The translations under genes and the position numbers were made by a program. A stretch of DNA of 64,000 bases from a virus: IMG/VR virus record IMGVR_UViG_3300021962_000031. One strand, written 5' to 3'. Below the pieces are notes generated by a model. It was not told where the DNA came from. It did no database searches and saw only the letters and a program-made list of their open reading frames with translations. Below are positions 19,026 to 28,401 of this stretch, in pieces (positions within the stretch are counted from its first letter, which is position 1; every line of letters starts with the position of its first letter).

Positions 19026-22000
19026 ATGCCGCAAGACATTCTGATCACGCCGAATAAGGGAAGTGCGACTACCCAAGGGAAGATTGACTTCACAGGGAAG
19101 GGGGCGAGTGCGTCTACGATTACTCTGAAGGTTCTGGACGATTCCAGCCTGTCCTTTGAGGGGACCGCAGGTCAACTGTTCTCCATCACCCCTGTCCTCG
19201 CCTCGGGCACGATCTTCTCCGTCAACGATGTGTCGGGCATCCCGATGATTGACGTCGATGCCTCCGGCCTTGTCCGACTGGCTCCGTTGGGAGGGACTGT
19301 CTACAGCAACACGCTGTATGCGGTGCCGAGGACGGTGGCTGGATCAGGCAACAGCGTCACTGTTCGTGCCGCTGACGGATTGACGAGTGGTGCGGGCGGA
19401 AACATTCTTCTGTTGCCGGGATTGCAGGCAACAACGGGTGGAGATGGCAAGATCATTGTTCGTCAGCCTGGTGGTACGGCTGGCACGAACGAAGTGCAGA
19501 TGTGGCATGATGGGTCGCAGTTCCACATTAAGAATTTCACGGCTGTCGCCGACTACGGAACATCCAGCTCAATCATACTTAAATCTTCAAATGATTTCGG
19601 CGTACAAATCGGTCGTGTTGGTCCTAGCACTGTCGGGGTTTATCCAGTTGGCACAAGCACAATTGCTATTGGCAATCCAAGCAGTCAGACCGTTTATGCT
19701 GGTTGGTGGTATTCAAATTTTTATTCTGGCGCTTGGGAACCAAGTAATTCGACTTACCCCATCAACTGGACCGATGTTGGTTTTTATCGCGGATCAGTTA
19801 GGCAGCTGGTTGTAGGTAATTATTCTTCGGGCGGTGGGTCGCTGTGCTACACTTCTTCGACGCCATCTGCGCTCTCTACTAATCCGACCAATGATCTTGC
19901 GCTAAGCGGCTCTGCCTTCCAGCGCCTCTCTTCTTCGTCGGCGTTAGCCGTGACTGGCATTGCTCCCCCATCCGGCGGCGCCCATGTCGATGGCCGCGTC
20001 ATGTGGCTGCACAATGTCGGCTCCTTCAACATCACCCTGAAGCACAGCCAGACCAGCACCGCAGCCAACCAATTTATCAACGAAGGCGGCGGCGACATTG
20101 TTCTCGGCCCCAACCGGATCGTCCAATGTACTTATGACTCGACTTCTACTAAGTGGCGCGTCAACGGTGAGATGTATCCGTACAATTTCCCCACCACCGA
20201 CGGCACTAATGGTCAAGTTCTGACGACCAACGGCAGCGGCACGCTCTCCTGGGCGACTTCTTCTGGTGGGGTCAGCGGTAGTGGCACCACCAATTATGTG
20301 ACGAAGTTTACTGGGACGAGTGCGGTTGGCAACAGCCAAATTTTTGACAATGGCACAAATGTTGGCATTGGTACGGCTTCGCCAAGTGCCAAGCTACATG
20401 TTGTTGCTGATAGCGCCCTAACAAATCCTGAGTCTGATATCGGCGTTTATTCTCTCTTTTTGAACAGTAATGCGACCACCAACGCAGGTTCAGCGATAGG
20501 CTTAGGAGCAAATGGAACTGCTGGCGCCATCATAGTGGGCCAACGTGTTGGTGCCAACAATGAATCTGTTATGAAGTTGCAGACTCGGGATAGTGCTGGA
20601 ACCGCAGCAACCCGCGTCACAATTTCTAGCGGTGGAAGTGTTGGTATTGGTACGACTTCGCCAGGGACCATCCTCGACATAATCGGAACTGGCGGGTCGG
20701 GAGTTAACAGTCCCGGTACGGCCCTGCTGCGCGTATCGCCGTCGGCACAAAACACCTACGCCGCCCTTGAGCTTCGCACCCTGAACGCTGGCACTTACGG
20801 CGGCGCAGGATTAATGGCTGTCAATGATACCAACTATGACAGCAATCTTTTGTTCTACACAAACGCTGCTGGAAGCACAACTCGCACCGAACGGATGCGG
20901 ATCACCAAAAATGGCGATGTTGGGATTGGTAATACTTCGCCTTCTGCAACGCTTCATGTGACTAAGGCTACGACTGCTGTAGCTACCGCTATTGCCGCAT
21001 GGCCTACTTATGAGCCGGACACCCAAACCCACGCCCGTGTGACTGCGTTCTTCACAGACGGCGGCAACGGTGGAACAGCCACAGTTGCTACTGGCACTAC
21101 GACCATCATTAAGTTTGGTGAGTATTACACGGGTCGCGTTGTCTTGATGCCCGAGGGAGCGGGTGGGCAGACTCCTGCGGATCAAAACAGCGGTGCTGGT
21201 CGGGATATCATGTTGTTGGGTGGGAAGTCCGATAACACCGCCGGGAAGACCGGCGGACGAGTGTTCATTCAGGGCGGTTCAGGATTCGCCGGGGCTTACG
21301 GCTCCAACTTCGGCAATGTGATTTTGCAGGCCAATGGTGGGGCAGTCTGCATTGGTGGCACCAGCCCCGTCTCCACGTCGCCGGGCCTTGACATCACTTC
21401 CGATGCTTCCAGTCAACTCACGGGCCAGTTGATGATCAAGCGGGCCAGCACTAACGACCGCTTCCGTCTCACCTGCGGTGTGCATACTAGCAACTATGCT
21501 TTTGTCCAGGCTTACGAAAATGCCATTGGCGGTTTGGTTCTTGCCCTTCAGCCTAACAGCGGGACTGTTGGCATCGGCAACACTTCTCCTGGAGCAAAGC
21601 TCCAGATTGATACGGTTGCTGCTGCCACGAAGGGGCTGATTGTAAAGGGTGCTGCTTCGCAGAATGCGAACTTGCAGGAGTGGCAGAATAATAGCGGAAC
21701 TGTTTTAGCTAGCATTGAATCTACAGGAAGAATAGTTCCAACTGGCGCTCTGATTTACAATCAAAGCCCATCAGTAGCTACACTCCAAGTTCGTAGCGGC
21801 AATCCCTCAACTACCAACATCCAAGAGTGGCAGAATTTTTACGGATCGGTTCTTTCTAGAGTTGACGCAGACGGAAATATCATTGCTCCCACAGCTTCTG
21901 CAACAATTTTTTATTCCGAGCAATGGTATGGTGGTTCAACATATACATTTAGTCGAGTTTTTACATTAAGCGGCAATTTGCCGAGCGTTGTTGGCAATTA

Positions 22001-23255
22001 TATAGAACTTTTTGAATGTACCAATTCAAGATCTCTTCCGATTAGAATATCGATTAATGCAAACGATCCACATCAAGGTAAAGTATACGACTTTGTTTTT
22101 GGGTCTACTTATGCTGGTGGCGCTGGTACTGGAAGCATTATTCCACCGTTGCATTCGGCAGGAGCAAGCAGCTCAAATGATTTTGAGCTAGAAGTTTATC
22201 ATGTTGATTCAAATCTAAGTCGTTTTAGATTAAGGCGAACTGCTGGAACAAGCAATCGTGCTTTTCAAGCTCACATCAATGTTCAAGTCGGTAATACTGG
22301 TGTAAATTTCACACGCTTGTCTGGAACTGGCACATCGACTCTCGGCAGCACTGAAAATCCAGGTTATGGGATAAACACTCATTATATTTCCCCAATCCAC
22401 GCATCGACATATTCTGGTGCGGGTCGGTCTTTAACTTTAGCTGCGGCAAATGGGCAAACAAGCGGTGCTGGTGGGTCGATTATCCTTCAGCCAGGGGCGC
22501 AAGCGACCACAGGAGGGAACGGGTCGATCCGGTTTATTAACCCGTCCAATACCGCTCAGTATTTTTATATTGCACCCAGCACTTCTGCGCTCGACATTGG
22601 TTTGGTTGGTATTTCCAATGATGTTAATACTGGCGGTATCAATTTCAACGGCACAAACATAAGAGGGTTGGGAACTGTAAATACTTCTGCCCTTTTTGCT
22701 GGCTCTTTTTATCTTTCTTCAACTACTTTGCGTTCAACATTTGGAGCAAGTGTTCAGCTTGGTTCTTCCAACGGCACCAGCACTGATAACATCAATTACA
22801 TCTGGATGCGTCAGGACGGCCATATCGCATGGTATGGCGATATCGGTTTAAGACGGGATGGGGTCGGGGTACTGAGTGTAACCAACGGCTCGACTGGCGG
22901 TGGATCGCTTGCCTACAAGAGCAACACCACCAACATTTCTGCTCCCACCAACGATTTGGTTTTGAATGGCAGCGCCTTCCAGAGGCTGAACTGCACGACC
23001 GCCTGCAACCTGACGGGCGTTGCCCCGCCCAGCGGTTCCCACATCGATGGCCGTATGATGCGCATCTACAATGTGGGCACGGCCAATCTCACCCTGAAGC
23101 ACAACAGCACCAGTTCCGCAGTCGCTAATCGGTTCTGCTGTGTGCAGGCCGTGGATATCATTCTTGCCCCGCGTGACTATGCCGAACTGATCTACGACGG
23201 GACGGACGGGGGTCTCGTTGGTGGTCAGAATAACCCATGCTGGAGAGTCCACTGA
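19026..23255 (+). CDS. Second long mosaic fibre protein (1409 aa)
   Basis: AAGGAG RBS. Contains the same modules as 10825-16968: TSGAGG.I..PG.QATTGG.G twice, H.DGR module twice, and VGIG repeats. Confidence 0.75.
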   Translation: MPQDILITPNKGSATTQGKIDFTGKGASASTITLKVLDDSSLSFEGTAGQLFSITPVLASGTIFSVNDVSGIPMIDVDASGLVRLAPLGGTVYSNTLYAVPRTVAGSGNSVTVRAADGLTSGAGGNILLLPGLQATTGGDGKIIVRQPGGTAGTNEVQMWHDGSQFHIKNFTAVADYGTSSSIILKSSNDFGVQIGRVGPSTVGVYPVGTSTIAIGNPSSQTVYAGWWYSNFYSGAWEPSNSTYPINWTDVGFYRGSVRQLVVGNYSSGGGSLCYTSSTPSALSTNPTNDLALSGSAFQRLSSSSALAVTGIAPPSGGAHVDGRVMWLHNVGSFNITLKHSQTSTAANQFINEGGGDIVLGPNRIVQCTYDSTSTKWRVNGEMYPYNFPTTDGTNGQVLTTNGSGTLSWATSSGGVSGSGTTNYVTKFTGTSAVGNSQIFDNGTNVGIGTASPSAKLHVVADSALTNPESDIGVYSLFLNSNATTNAGSAIGLGANGTAGAIIVGQRVGANNESVMKLQTRDSAGTAATRVTISSGGSVGIGTTSPGTILDIIGTGGSGVNSPGTALLRVSPSAQNTYAALELRTLNAGTYGGAGLMAVNDTNYDSNLLFYTNAAGSTTRTERMRITKNGDVGIGNTSPSATLHVTKATTAVATAIAAWPTYEPDTQTHARVTAFFTDGGNGGTATVATGTTTIIKFGEYYTGRVVLMPEGAGGQTPADQNSGAGRDIMLLGGKSDNTAGKTGGRVFIQGGSGFAGAYGSNFGNVILQANGGAVCIGGTSPVSTSPGLDITSDASSQLTGQLMIKRASTNDRFRLTCGVHTSNYAFVQAYENAIGGLVLALQPNSGTVGIGNTSPGAKLQIDTVAAATKGLIVKGAASQNANLQEWQNNSGTVLASIESTGRIVPTGALIYNQSPSVATLQVRSGNPSTTNIQEWQNFYGSVLSRVDADGNIIAPTASATIFYSEQWYGGSTYTFSRVFTLSGNLPSVVGNYIELFECTNSRSLPIRISINANDPHQGKVYDFVFGSTYAGGAGTGSIIPPLHSAGASSSNDFELEVYHVDSNLSRFRLRRTAGTSNRAFQAHINVQVGNTGVNFTRLSGTGTSTLGSTENPGYGINTHYISPIHASTYSGAGRSLTLAAANGQTSGAGGSIILQPGAQATTGGNGSIRFINPSNTAQYFYIAPSTSALDIGLVGISNDVNTGGINFNGTNIRGLGTVNTSALFAGSFYLSSTTLRSTFGASVQLGSSNGTSTDNINYIWMRQDGHIAWYGDIGLRRDGVGVLSVTNGSTGGGSLAYKSNTTNISAPTNDLVLNGSAFQRLNCTTACNLTGVAPPSGSHIDGRMMRIYNVGTANLTLKHNSTSSAVANRFCCVQAVDIILAPRDYAELIYDGTDGGLVGGQNNPCWRVH

Positions 23256-23521
23256 TGGCTGGAATTACTCGTCGGTGCAAAAGGCGTCCGAACAGCGGTG
23301 TACAGGGGTGTCCCGCCCAAGGGCCGGGCACGCCCATTACGGTATACCCAGGTGGAACCTCGACGGGGGTTATCAAAAGAAGCCCAACCAACCCGCCAGC
23401 GCCCCCGCCGAGGACGCCCCCAAAACCCGTGGTCAAATCAAGTACCACGATTGTCATTCCCTTCACGGGACCAGTAGTACCCACCGCCTCTGGTATAACA
23501 GTCACGGTGACCAAGGTTTAA
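23255..23521 (+). CDS. Small Pro/Thr-rich hypothetical protein
   Basis: TGATG coupling at 23255; fills the gap up to the RBS of the next gene. Confidence 0.55.
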   Translation: MAGITRRCKRRPNSGVQGCPAQGPGTPITVYPGGTSTGVIKRSPTNPPAPPPRTPPKPVVKSSTTIVIPFTGPVVPTASGITVTVTKV

Positions 23522-23531
23522 GGAGAGTATT

Positions 23532-24533
23532 ATGTCTGGGACATCGCCCCCAACAACTAGTGGACCCACGACCTCGGGACCAACGACTTCGGGGCCAACG
23601 ACCTCGGGACCAACGACTACCACGACAACCACCACAACTACGACCACGACTACGACAACAACCACCCCCGCCCCGGTTGTTGCCACATTGACTCTTGCTA
23701 CTAATGATCCTCTATATAACGACGAAGCCGTTGTTTTCACTCTGTCTGGAGTTACCGTTTCGCCTGGCGACACCATCTCCATCGCAATTGCCGACAACAC
23801 CATCCAGTCTGCTGTCGACGGCGCTTTTGTCACAGGACAGACTTTCAACAACACGGATGTTTTCAACTGCGTGGGAGCGACACTTTTCCTAGATCAGTAT
23901 GCCACCAATTTCGGACCCAACAGCGGGACCTGGAACGATTTAAGCTACAGCGGCAACGACGCCACCTTTGTCAGCAATCCCACCTATTCCATCAATAATG
24001 ATGGCTATTTTATTTTTGACGGAACTGCGTCTTATGCTTACGGCAACTCCGGCCTGACCAACAACGCCGATTTCAGCGTCAATTTCTGGATGTACTACAT
24101 CAGCAACAATGCGACCGAACAGGGTATTCTTTCGACCTGGGATACCAGCTGGAATGGGTTTGCCATTGCGACCGGCGGGACTGGGGCGAACATCCGCTCG
24201 TGGACGAACAACGGCGGGGGTGGGGGTCTAAACTGGGCAACCACAGCCTCCGTCCGGAACGGCTGGCATATGTTCACCCTGACCTACAAGTTTTCGACCA
24301 AGACCCAGACAGTCTACATCGACGGAGTGCAGAAAGGGACAGAGTCCTACGGATCGGCTATCACCCACTCCACCTTGCAAATAGCGCGGGGCGGGGCGAC
24401 CGGTTCGGCTCAACTCTCCTCCTATCCACTCACTAACTGCTACTTAACAAATATAGCTTTTTATAACTCTGTTATGACAGGAACGCAAATCAGTAATGCA
24501 TTCAATAAAACGAAAAGCAGGTTTGGCCTGTAG
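23532..24533 (+). CDS. Mucin-like Thr-rich N-terminus plus LamG-like lectin domain (paralogue 4)
   Basis: AAGGAG RBS; (PTTSG)4-P-T18 tract; W.DLS.SGN and F.FDG..Y motifs; ends KSRFGL. Confidence 0.75.
   Translation: MSGTSPPTTSGPTTSGPTTSGPTTSGPTTTTTTTTTTTTTTTTTTPAPVVATLTLATNDPLYNDEAVVFTLSGVTVSPGDTISIAIADNTIQSAVDGAFVTGQTFNNTDVFNCVGATLFLDQYATNFGPNSGTWNDLSYSGNDATFVSNPTYSINNDGYFIFDGTASYAYGNSGLTNNADFSVNFWMYYISNNATEQGILSTWDTSWNGFAIATGGTGANIRSWTNNGGGGGLNWATTASVRNGWHMFTLTYKFSTKTQTVYIDGVQKGTESYGSAITHSTLQIARGGATGSAQLSSYPLTNCYLTNIAFYNSVMTGTQISNAFNKTKSRFGL
23550..23666 (+). repeat. Four 15-bp PTTSG repeats followed by 18 Thr codons
   Basis: Read directly from the sequence; all four ACN codons are mixed. 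Confidence 0.9.
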
Positions 24534-24579
24534 TTGCTAGTGTATTATCTTACGGTTCCCCTTTTTAGGAGTATTTTTG

Positions 24580-24930
24580 ATGTCTAGCTACATTCCCGCC
24601 AGTCAGCCCACCGTGGTTCCGTCCATTGGCGAAAAAGTGTTCGACAAATGGCGGATTGAGCAGTTCAGCACCGTCGGGGAGGGGACGCAAACCCCCACCC
24701 AGCTGCATGTAATCTTCGTCAAGGCAAGGGTTTACGACGAGCAGGTCACCAATCCGGAGACCAACGAGGTCACCACGGTCACCCGCACCGAGTTGAATCC
24801 CAATGTGAAGACCAACCTGTTCGTGCCCGACCTGTACGAACTGATGGTGGCCGATCCAGATGTGATGGATGCCTTCAACAAGGTCATCGCAGCCCTGACC
24901 AAAATCGCCACCGACAAGGGCGTCATCTAA
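24580..24930 (+). CDS. Hypothetical protein
   Basis: AGGAG RBS at 24567-24571; abuts the next gene. Confidence 0.6.
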   Translation: MSSYIPASQPTVVPSIGEKVFDKWRIEQFSTVGEGTQTPTQLHVIFVKARVYDEQVTNPETNEVTTVTRTELNPNVKTNLFVPDLYELMVADPDVMDAFNKVIAALTKIATDKGVI

Positions 24931-25569
24931 ATGTACAAGGCGACGATTGGCGTTGTCCTTGGGGTTTCCAAGACGGGCCAGAGCCTTTCGGCTCAACTTG
25001 TCAGCCCCAGCGGCACGCCAGTCGGCAGCCTTATCTCCAGCGGGTTCGTGGAGATCGGTCAAGGCAACTACATGTGGACTTACGACCAGTTCCCGGCCAG
25101 CTTCCGGGGTGGCGTTAAGTTCTTTTCTGGCAACAACTTAATGGCTTTCATGACCATTAATCCAGAGTTGCTGGAATATGTAGACGCTCCGATCTCCTCC
25201 CGCCTGACTTCTGCTATCAAAGTCCCGACCTTCAGCATTCCCGTTGTCGCCGACGAGGGAACGCCGGTCGTGTTTCGTCAGACGGACGATTACTTTGCCG
25301 CCGAAGGCCGGTCCATTGATGTCATCAGCGAGGCCTGGCCACCCCTAGCTGAGTCCATCGTCAGATTGACTGTTAAGTCCAAAAGGACTGGCTTTACCAA
25401 GACTCTCCCCGTCCTGCCTGACAATACCGTAAGGGTCGAGCTATCCAGCCTGGAACTGGCCCAGATGGGGAGCGGGCGGTGGCCCTTTGAAATCAACACC
25501 CGGCTTCCCAACGACCACCTGTTGACCCTGCTCAAGGGCATCTTCCAGATTGTGGCCCCGTTCAACTGA
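24931..25569 (+). CDS. Virion-associated protein with a C-terminal BppU-like beta domain
   Basis: C-terminal RVELSS..G.GRWPFE...L.N.H.LT...G pattern. Confidence 0.5.
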   Translation: MYKATIGVVLGVSKTGQSLSAQLVSPSGTPVGSLISSGFVEIGQGNYMWTYDQFPASFRGGVKFFSGNNLMAFMTINPELLEYVDAPISSRLTSAIKVPTFSIPVVADEGTPVVFRQTDDYFAAEGRSIDVISEAWPPLAESIVRLTVKSKRTGFTKTLPVLPDNTVRVELSSLELAQMGSGRWPFEINTRLPNDHLLTLLKGIFQIVAPFN

Positions 25570-25874
25570 TGTTGATCCAACTGCCCGATTTTACCGTCCC
25601 GCACCTCGACTTTGGATTGAGGGTGGACAGGTATACCGACCCGCTGGTTTTCACGGTCGATTCTCCCGAGCCATCAAGTGCTATCATTTTATTTCGGGAT
25701 GACTTCTACAAGCCCCTTCCCTTCGTCGGCGGCAAACTAGAAATCATGATCGCCCGGGCCACCATGTACTTCCTGGGCAATGGTTTCCACCCCTTTGAAG
25801 TCCGCATCACTCTCGCCAACGGGCACACCCTAACCCCCGCCACCGGCCATCTTTCAGTCTTTATAGCCGAATAG
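25569..25874 (+). CDS. Paralogue of the C-terminal half of the preceding gene
   Basis: GNGFHPFEVRITLANGHTLTPATG aligns with GSGRWPFEINTRLPNDHLLTLLKG. Confidence 0.5.
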   Translation: MLIQLPDFTVPHLDFGLRVDRYTDPLVFTVDSPEPSSAIILFRDDFYKPLPFVGGKLEIMIARATMYFLGNGFHPFEVRITLANGHTLTPATGHLSVFIAE

Positions 25875-25878
25875 ACTG

Positions 25879-25888
25879 CGGTGTATCT
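25879..25888 (+). promoter_or_regulatory. CGGTGTATCT putative late promoter motif
   Basis: Intergenic, 28 nt before ATG 25907, upstream of AGGAGG. Confidence 0.55.
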
Positions 25889-25906
25889 CCAGTAGGAGGT
25901 GCGCTG

Positions 25907-26446
25907 ATGGCATGGCAGACAGAAATGGGGACCCTCTTGAGGGTTCTACTGAATGACTTCTCGGTTCCGTATCAATTTTCGGACCAGAGAGTCTATCAGA
26001 CAATCTGCGCCGCCGCCCAGTTGGTCTTGAGCGAACTGAACTTCCCACTCGTTTACGAAGTCGATGTTCAGTCGTTGTCAATCACCCCCGACCCTACCGA
26101 CCGCGACGAGGCCAGTCCCACCAGGGATGATAACTTCATCAACCTCGTAACCTTGAAAGCTGCTTGTATCACCGAGCGTGGCGAGGCCCGTAATGCGGTT
26201 CGACAAGGCATCTCCATTCGCGATGGCTCTTCGGCTATCGACTTGAGAGGTCCGCTTGAGGGGCGTATTGCTCTCCTCAAACAGGGTTACTGCAAGGCAT
26301 ATGACGATGCCAAATTAGAATACAAGACTGGTCGGGCCGGGGTCGTGGCTGGCGCCGCCATTCTCAGCCCCTTCCGCATCTTCGCTGGCTACGGCGATCA
26401 GAACTACTATCCGGTGCCGGAGGGTCGCCAAACCTTTATTCGCTAA
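25907..26446 (+). CDS. Head-tail adaptor protein
   Basis: LR.LL.D...Y.FSD and I.I.DG.S.IDL patterns typical of helical adaptors; first gene of the neck block. Confidence 0.6.
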   Translation: MAWQTEMGTLLRVLLNDFSVPYQFSDQRVYQTICAAAQLVLSELNFPLVYEVDVQSLSITPDPTDRDEASPTRDDNFINLVTLKAACITERGEARNAVRQGISIRDGSSAIDLRGPLEGRIALLKQGYCKAYDDAKLEYKTGRAGVVAGAAILSPFRIFAGYGDQNYYPVPEGRQTFIR

Positions 26447-26457
26447 CGGAGGGTGTC

Positions 26458-26673
26458 ATGGGAAAAGAAGCAACCTATTTTGCAATTTTCATAATTTGCG
26501 TGGTTGCCGGAGCTTACGACATTTACGCCATGGTGTTCCTCGGGTACGAGGCGACTTTTAGCTCCGTGCTTCTGGAACTCGCCCATGCGACCCCCATTGT
26601 GCCGTTTTCGTTTGGTGTCTTGATCGGGCACCTCTTTTGGCCACAGAAGATTGAAGTGAAGGAGAAAACCTAA
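26458..26673 (+). CDS. Small two-TM membrane protein (holin-like)
   Basis: 71 aa with two hydrophobic segments and a charged C-terminus; GGAGG RBS. Confidence 0.5.
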   Translation: MGKEATYFAIFIICVVAGAYDIYAMVFLGYEATFSSVLLELAHATPIVPFSFGVLIGHLFWPQKIEVKEKT

Positions 26674-27200
26674 TGGCAATTGCATACCAGCCCGGTGGCA
26701 ACTCAATCAAGGACGGTTCTGCGGTCATCACCGCCGTTCCCCAGAGCGCCCCTTCCGGCCTCGTCACCACCCTCGACCGGCGTGCCAATGTTGTCGCCGA
26801 CATCAATACCGGCAAGGTGGGTGTCTCCCTCGATCAGCGTTATTTGTCTTGGAACGAAGACAAATTTGAGACTCTCCCGGTTGCTTCAGGGGACTACGCT
26901 ACCGGCACCAATGCTGCCGCCGTTATCACCCTCCCTGCGGCTGGTCCGGGTCGCAACCATGTCATCACCGGCCTTTCTTTTGGTTACAACGCTACTCCAG
27001 CTTCCGGGGCTGTGATCAAAATCGAAGACGGCTCCGGGAATGTGGTCTACAAGGCTCCTATTACCGACGCTGGTTTTGAGTCGGTAAACTTCTACCCCCC
27101 CAAGGTCTGCTCTCCCAACACCAATGTCACCATCACCTTGTCGGCGGGCGGGGCTGGCGTGGTTGGCGATGTGAACATCATCGGACGTCGGATTCAGTAA
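26673..27200 (+). CDS. Putative virion structural protein (beta-rich)
   Basis: AAGGAG RBS; Gly/Ala/Thr beta-rich; lies within the neck block. Confidence 0.5.
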   Translation: MAIAYQPGGNSIKDGSAVITAVPQSAPSGLVTTLDRRANVVADINTGKVGVSLDQRYLSWNEDKFETLPVASGDYATGTNAAAVITLPAAGPGRNHVITGLSFGYNATPASGAVIKIEDGSGNVVYKAPITDAGFESVNFYPPKVCSPNTNVTITLSAGGAGVVGDVNIIGRRIQ

Positions 27201-27721
27201 TGGCTTTCCTCTTCTCCATCGATGATGAGATTCGGTTGGTGGCTGAACAGGCCATCACCGATCTCATCGATCAACTTGGGAAGAACTGCCTGTTGGTGTA
27301 CCCGCCGACATGGGAGCCGTGCAGCAATTGCCTTTATGACGAGATTGGGCAGAAGTCTTCCAACCATTGGCGAAGCGGTGGCCCCCTACCCTTCCCCAAT
27401 GGTTCTGTTTGTCCAGCTTGCAGCGGCCAGGGTCTTCACGCCAAGGAGCTAAGTCGGCCCGTCAAGCTGCTCGTCAGCACCGTTCCGGCCAAGTTCGTTG
27501 CCAACATGCCCCTGAAATACCAAGTGCCGGATGGGGTTATTCAGACCAAGGGCAAGATGGCCGACCTGGCCGATGTCCTGCAAACGCGAAAGATCATCGT
27601 CCAGAGCGACCTCCAGTCCGCCATCCGGCTCACCTACGAACTGTACGGTGAACCGGTCGATACGAACAATATCGCACAGGGCAAGTTCTGGACGGCCACC
27701 TGGACGAGGGTCGGGGCGTGA
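27200..27721 (+). CDS. Head closure/neck protein with a Zn-finger insert
   Basis: CSNC...CPACSGQG motif, beta-rich C-terminus, and position in the neck block. Confidence 0.55.
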   Translation: MAFLFSIDDEIRLVAEQAITDLIDQLGKNCLLVYPPTWEPCSNCLYDEIGQKSSNHWRSGGPLPFPNGSVCPACSGQGLHAKELSRPVKLLVSTVPAKFVANMPLKYQVPDGVIQTKGKMADLADVLQTRKIIVQSDLQSAIRLTYELYGEPVDTNNIAQGKFWTATWTRVGA

Positions 27722-28401
27722 TCGGTTTTGATGTAAAGGTCAATCCGGAAGAATTCGGACCTGCTCTCATGGAGCGCTGGGCAATTCGTATTAATCTAGC
27801 TCTTTCCGGGGCTGCAAGAAATGCCCGCAACGAATGTCGCAGAATCCTTCGTCAGTCCCTAAAAAGCAGCAGAGAATACAAAGCTTTATTTATGGAAGTC
27901 CAGTCGGCTCGAGAAATGGGCCTTCAGGGCGAATTAGGTATTGAGGACCCATCTTCAACGGTTGATCCTATTGTTGAAGCCGTGGTCGGAGCATTAAAAG
28001 TCGATGTAATAAAATCTACCGGAAAGTATTATTTTGGAACCGTTTCTTCTTTGGGTGGATTGAGAGTGGTAATTGTTCCTCAAGACTTGAAGTTTCTTTT
28101 AGGTCTTGGCGAAGCTTCTTATGACAGCTATGGCGGTGAGGTTGATTGGCTTTCTTGGCTTCTGTACAGCGGAACAGAAGTAATTATTAGTGATTATTAT
28201 GTGATGTATGGTAGCAGAAGTCGCGCTTCTCGTACCGATGATGCCATCATGGTAGAGAGTGGAGATTCTAGGCTGAACTTCCGAATAGCACCTTTTTATG
28301 CTGGTACAGCTGGCAATAACTGGATTACCAGAGCTGGAGCTAGAGCAGAAGAAAGAATTAGGGAAATTCTCGTTCAAAAAATTAGGGACGCTTTGTCATG
28401 A
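27718..28401 (+). CDS. Tail completion/neck protein
   Basis: Located between head closure and tail terminator genes; WL.WL..G and GT..NNWITRA motifs. Confidence 0.45.
   Translation: MIGFDVKVNPEEFGPALMERWAIRINLALSGAARNARNECRRILRQSLKSSREYKALFMEVQSAREMGLQGELGIEDPSSTVDPIVEAVVGALKVDVIKSTGKYYFGTVSSLGGLRVVIVPQDLKFLLGLGEASYDSYGGEVDWLSWLLYSGTEVIISDYYVMYGSRSRASRTDDAIMVESGDSRLNFRIAPFYAGTAGNNWITRAGARAEERIREILVQKIRDALS

Noticed and set aside
23296-23305. CGGTGTACAG as another promoter copy
   Set aside because: Intragenic, lacks the A/T-rich tail, and is far from the next start codon; not counted.
23438-23866. Poly-Val ORF on the - strand
   Set aside because: It is the reverse complement of the poly-Thr tract.
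16958-24533. Diversity-generating retroelement acting on the lectin or Mtd-like genes
   Set aside because: No reverse transcriptase in the window and no near-identical repeat pair differing only at adenines was seen; one could exist outside the window.
26458-26673. Lysis cassette
   Set aside because: Only a holin-like membrane protein is present; no endolysin or spanin was recognised nearby.
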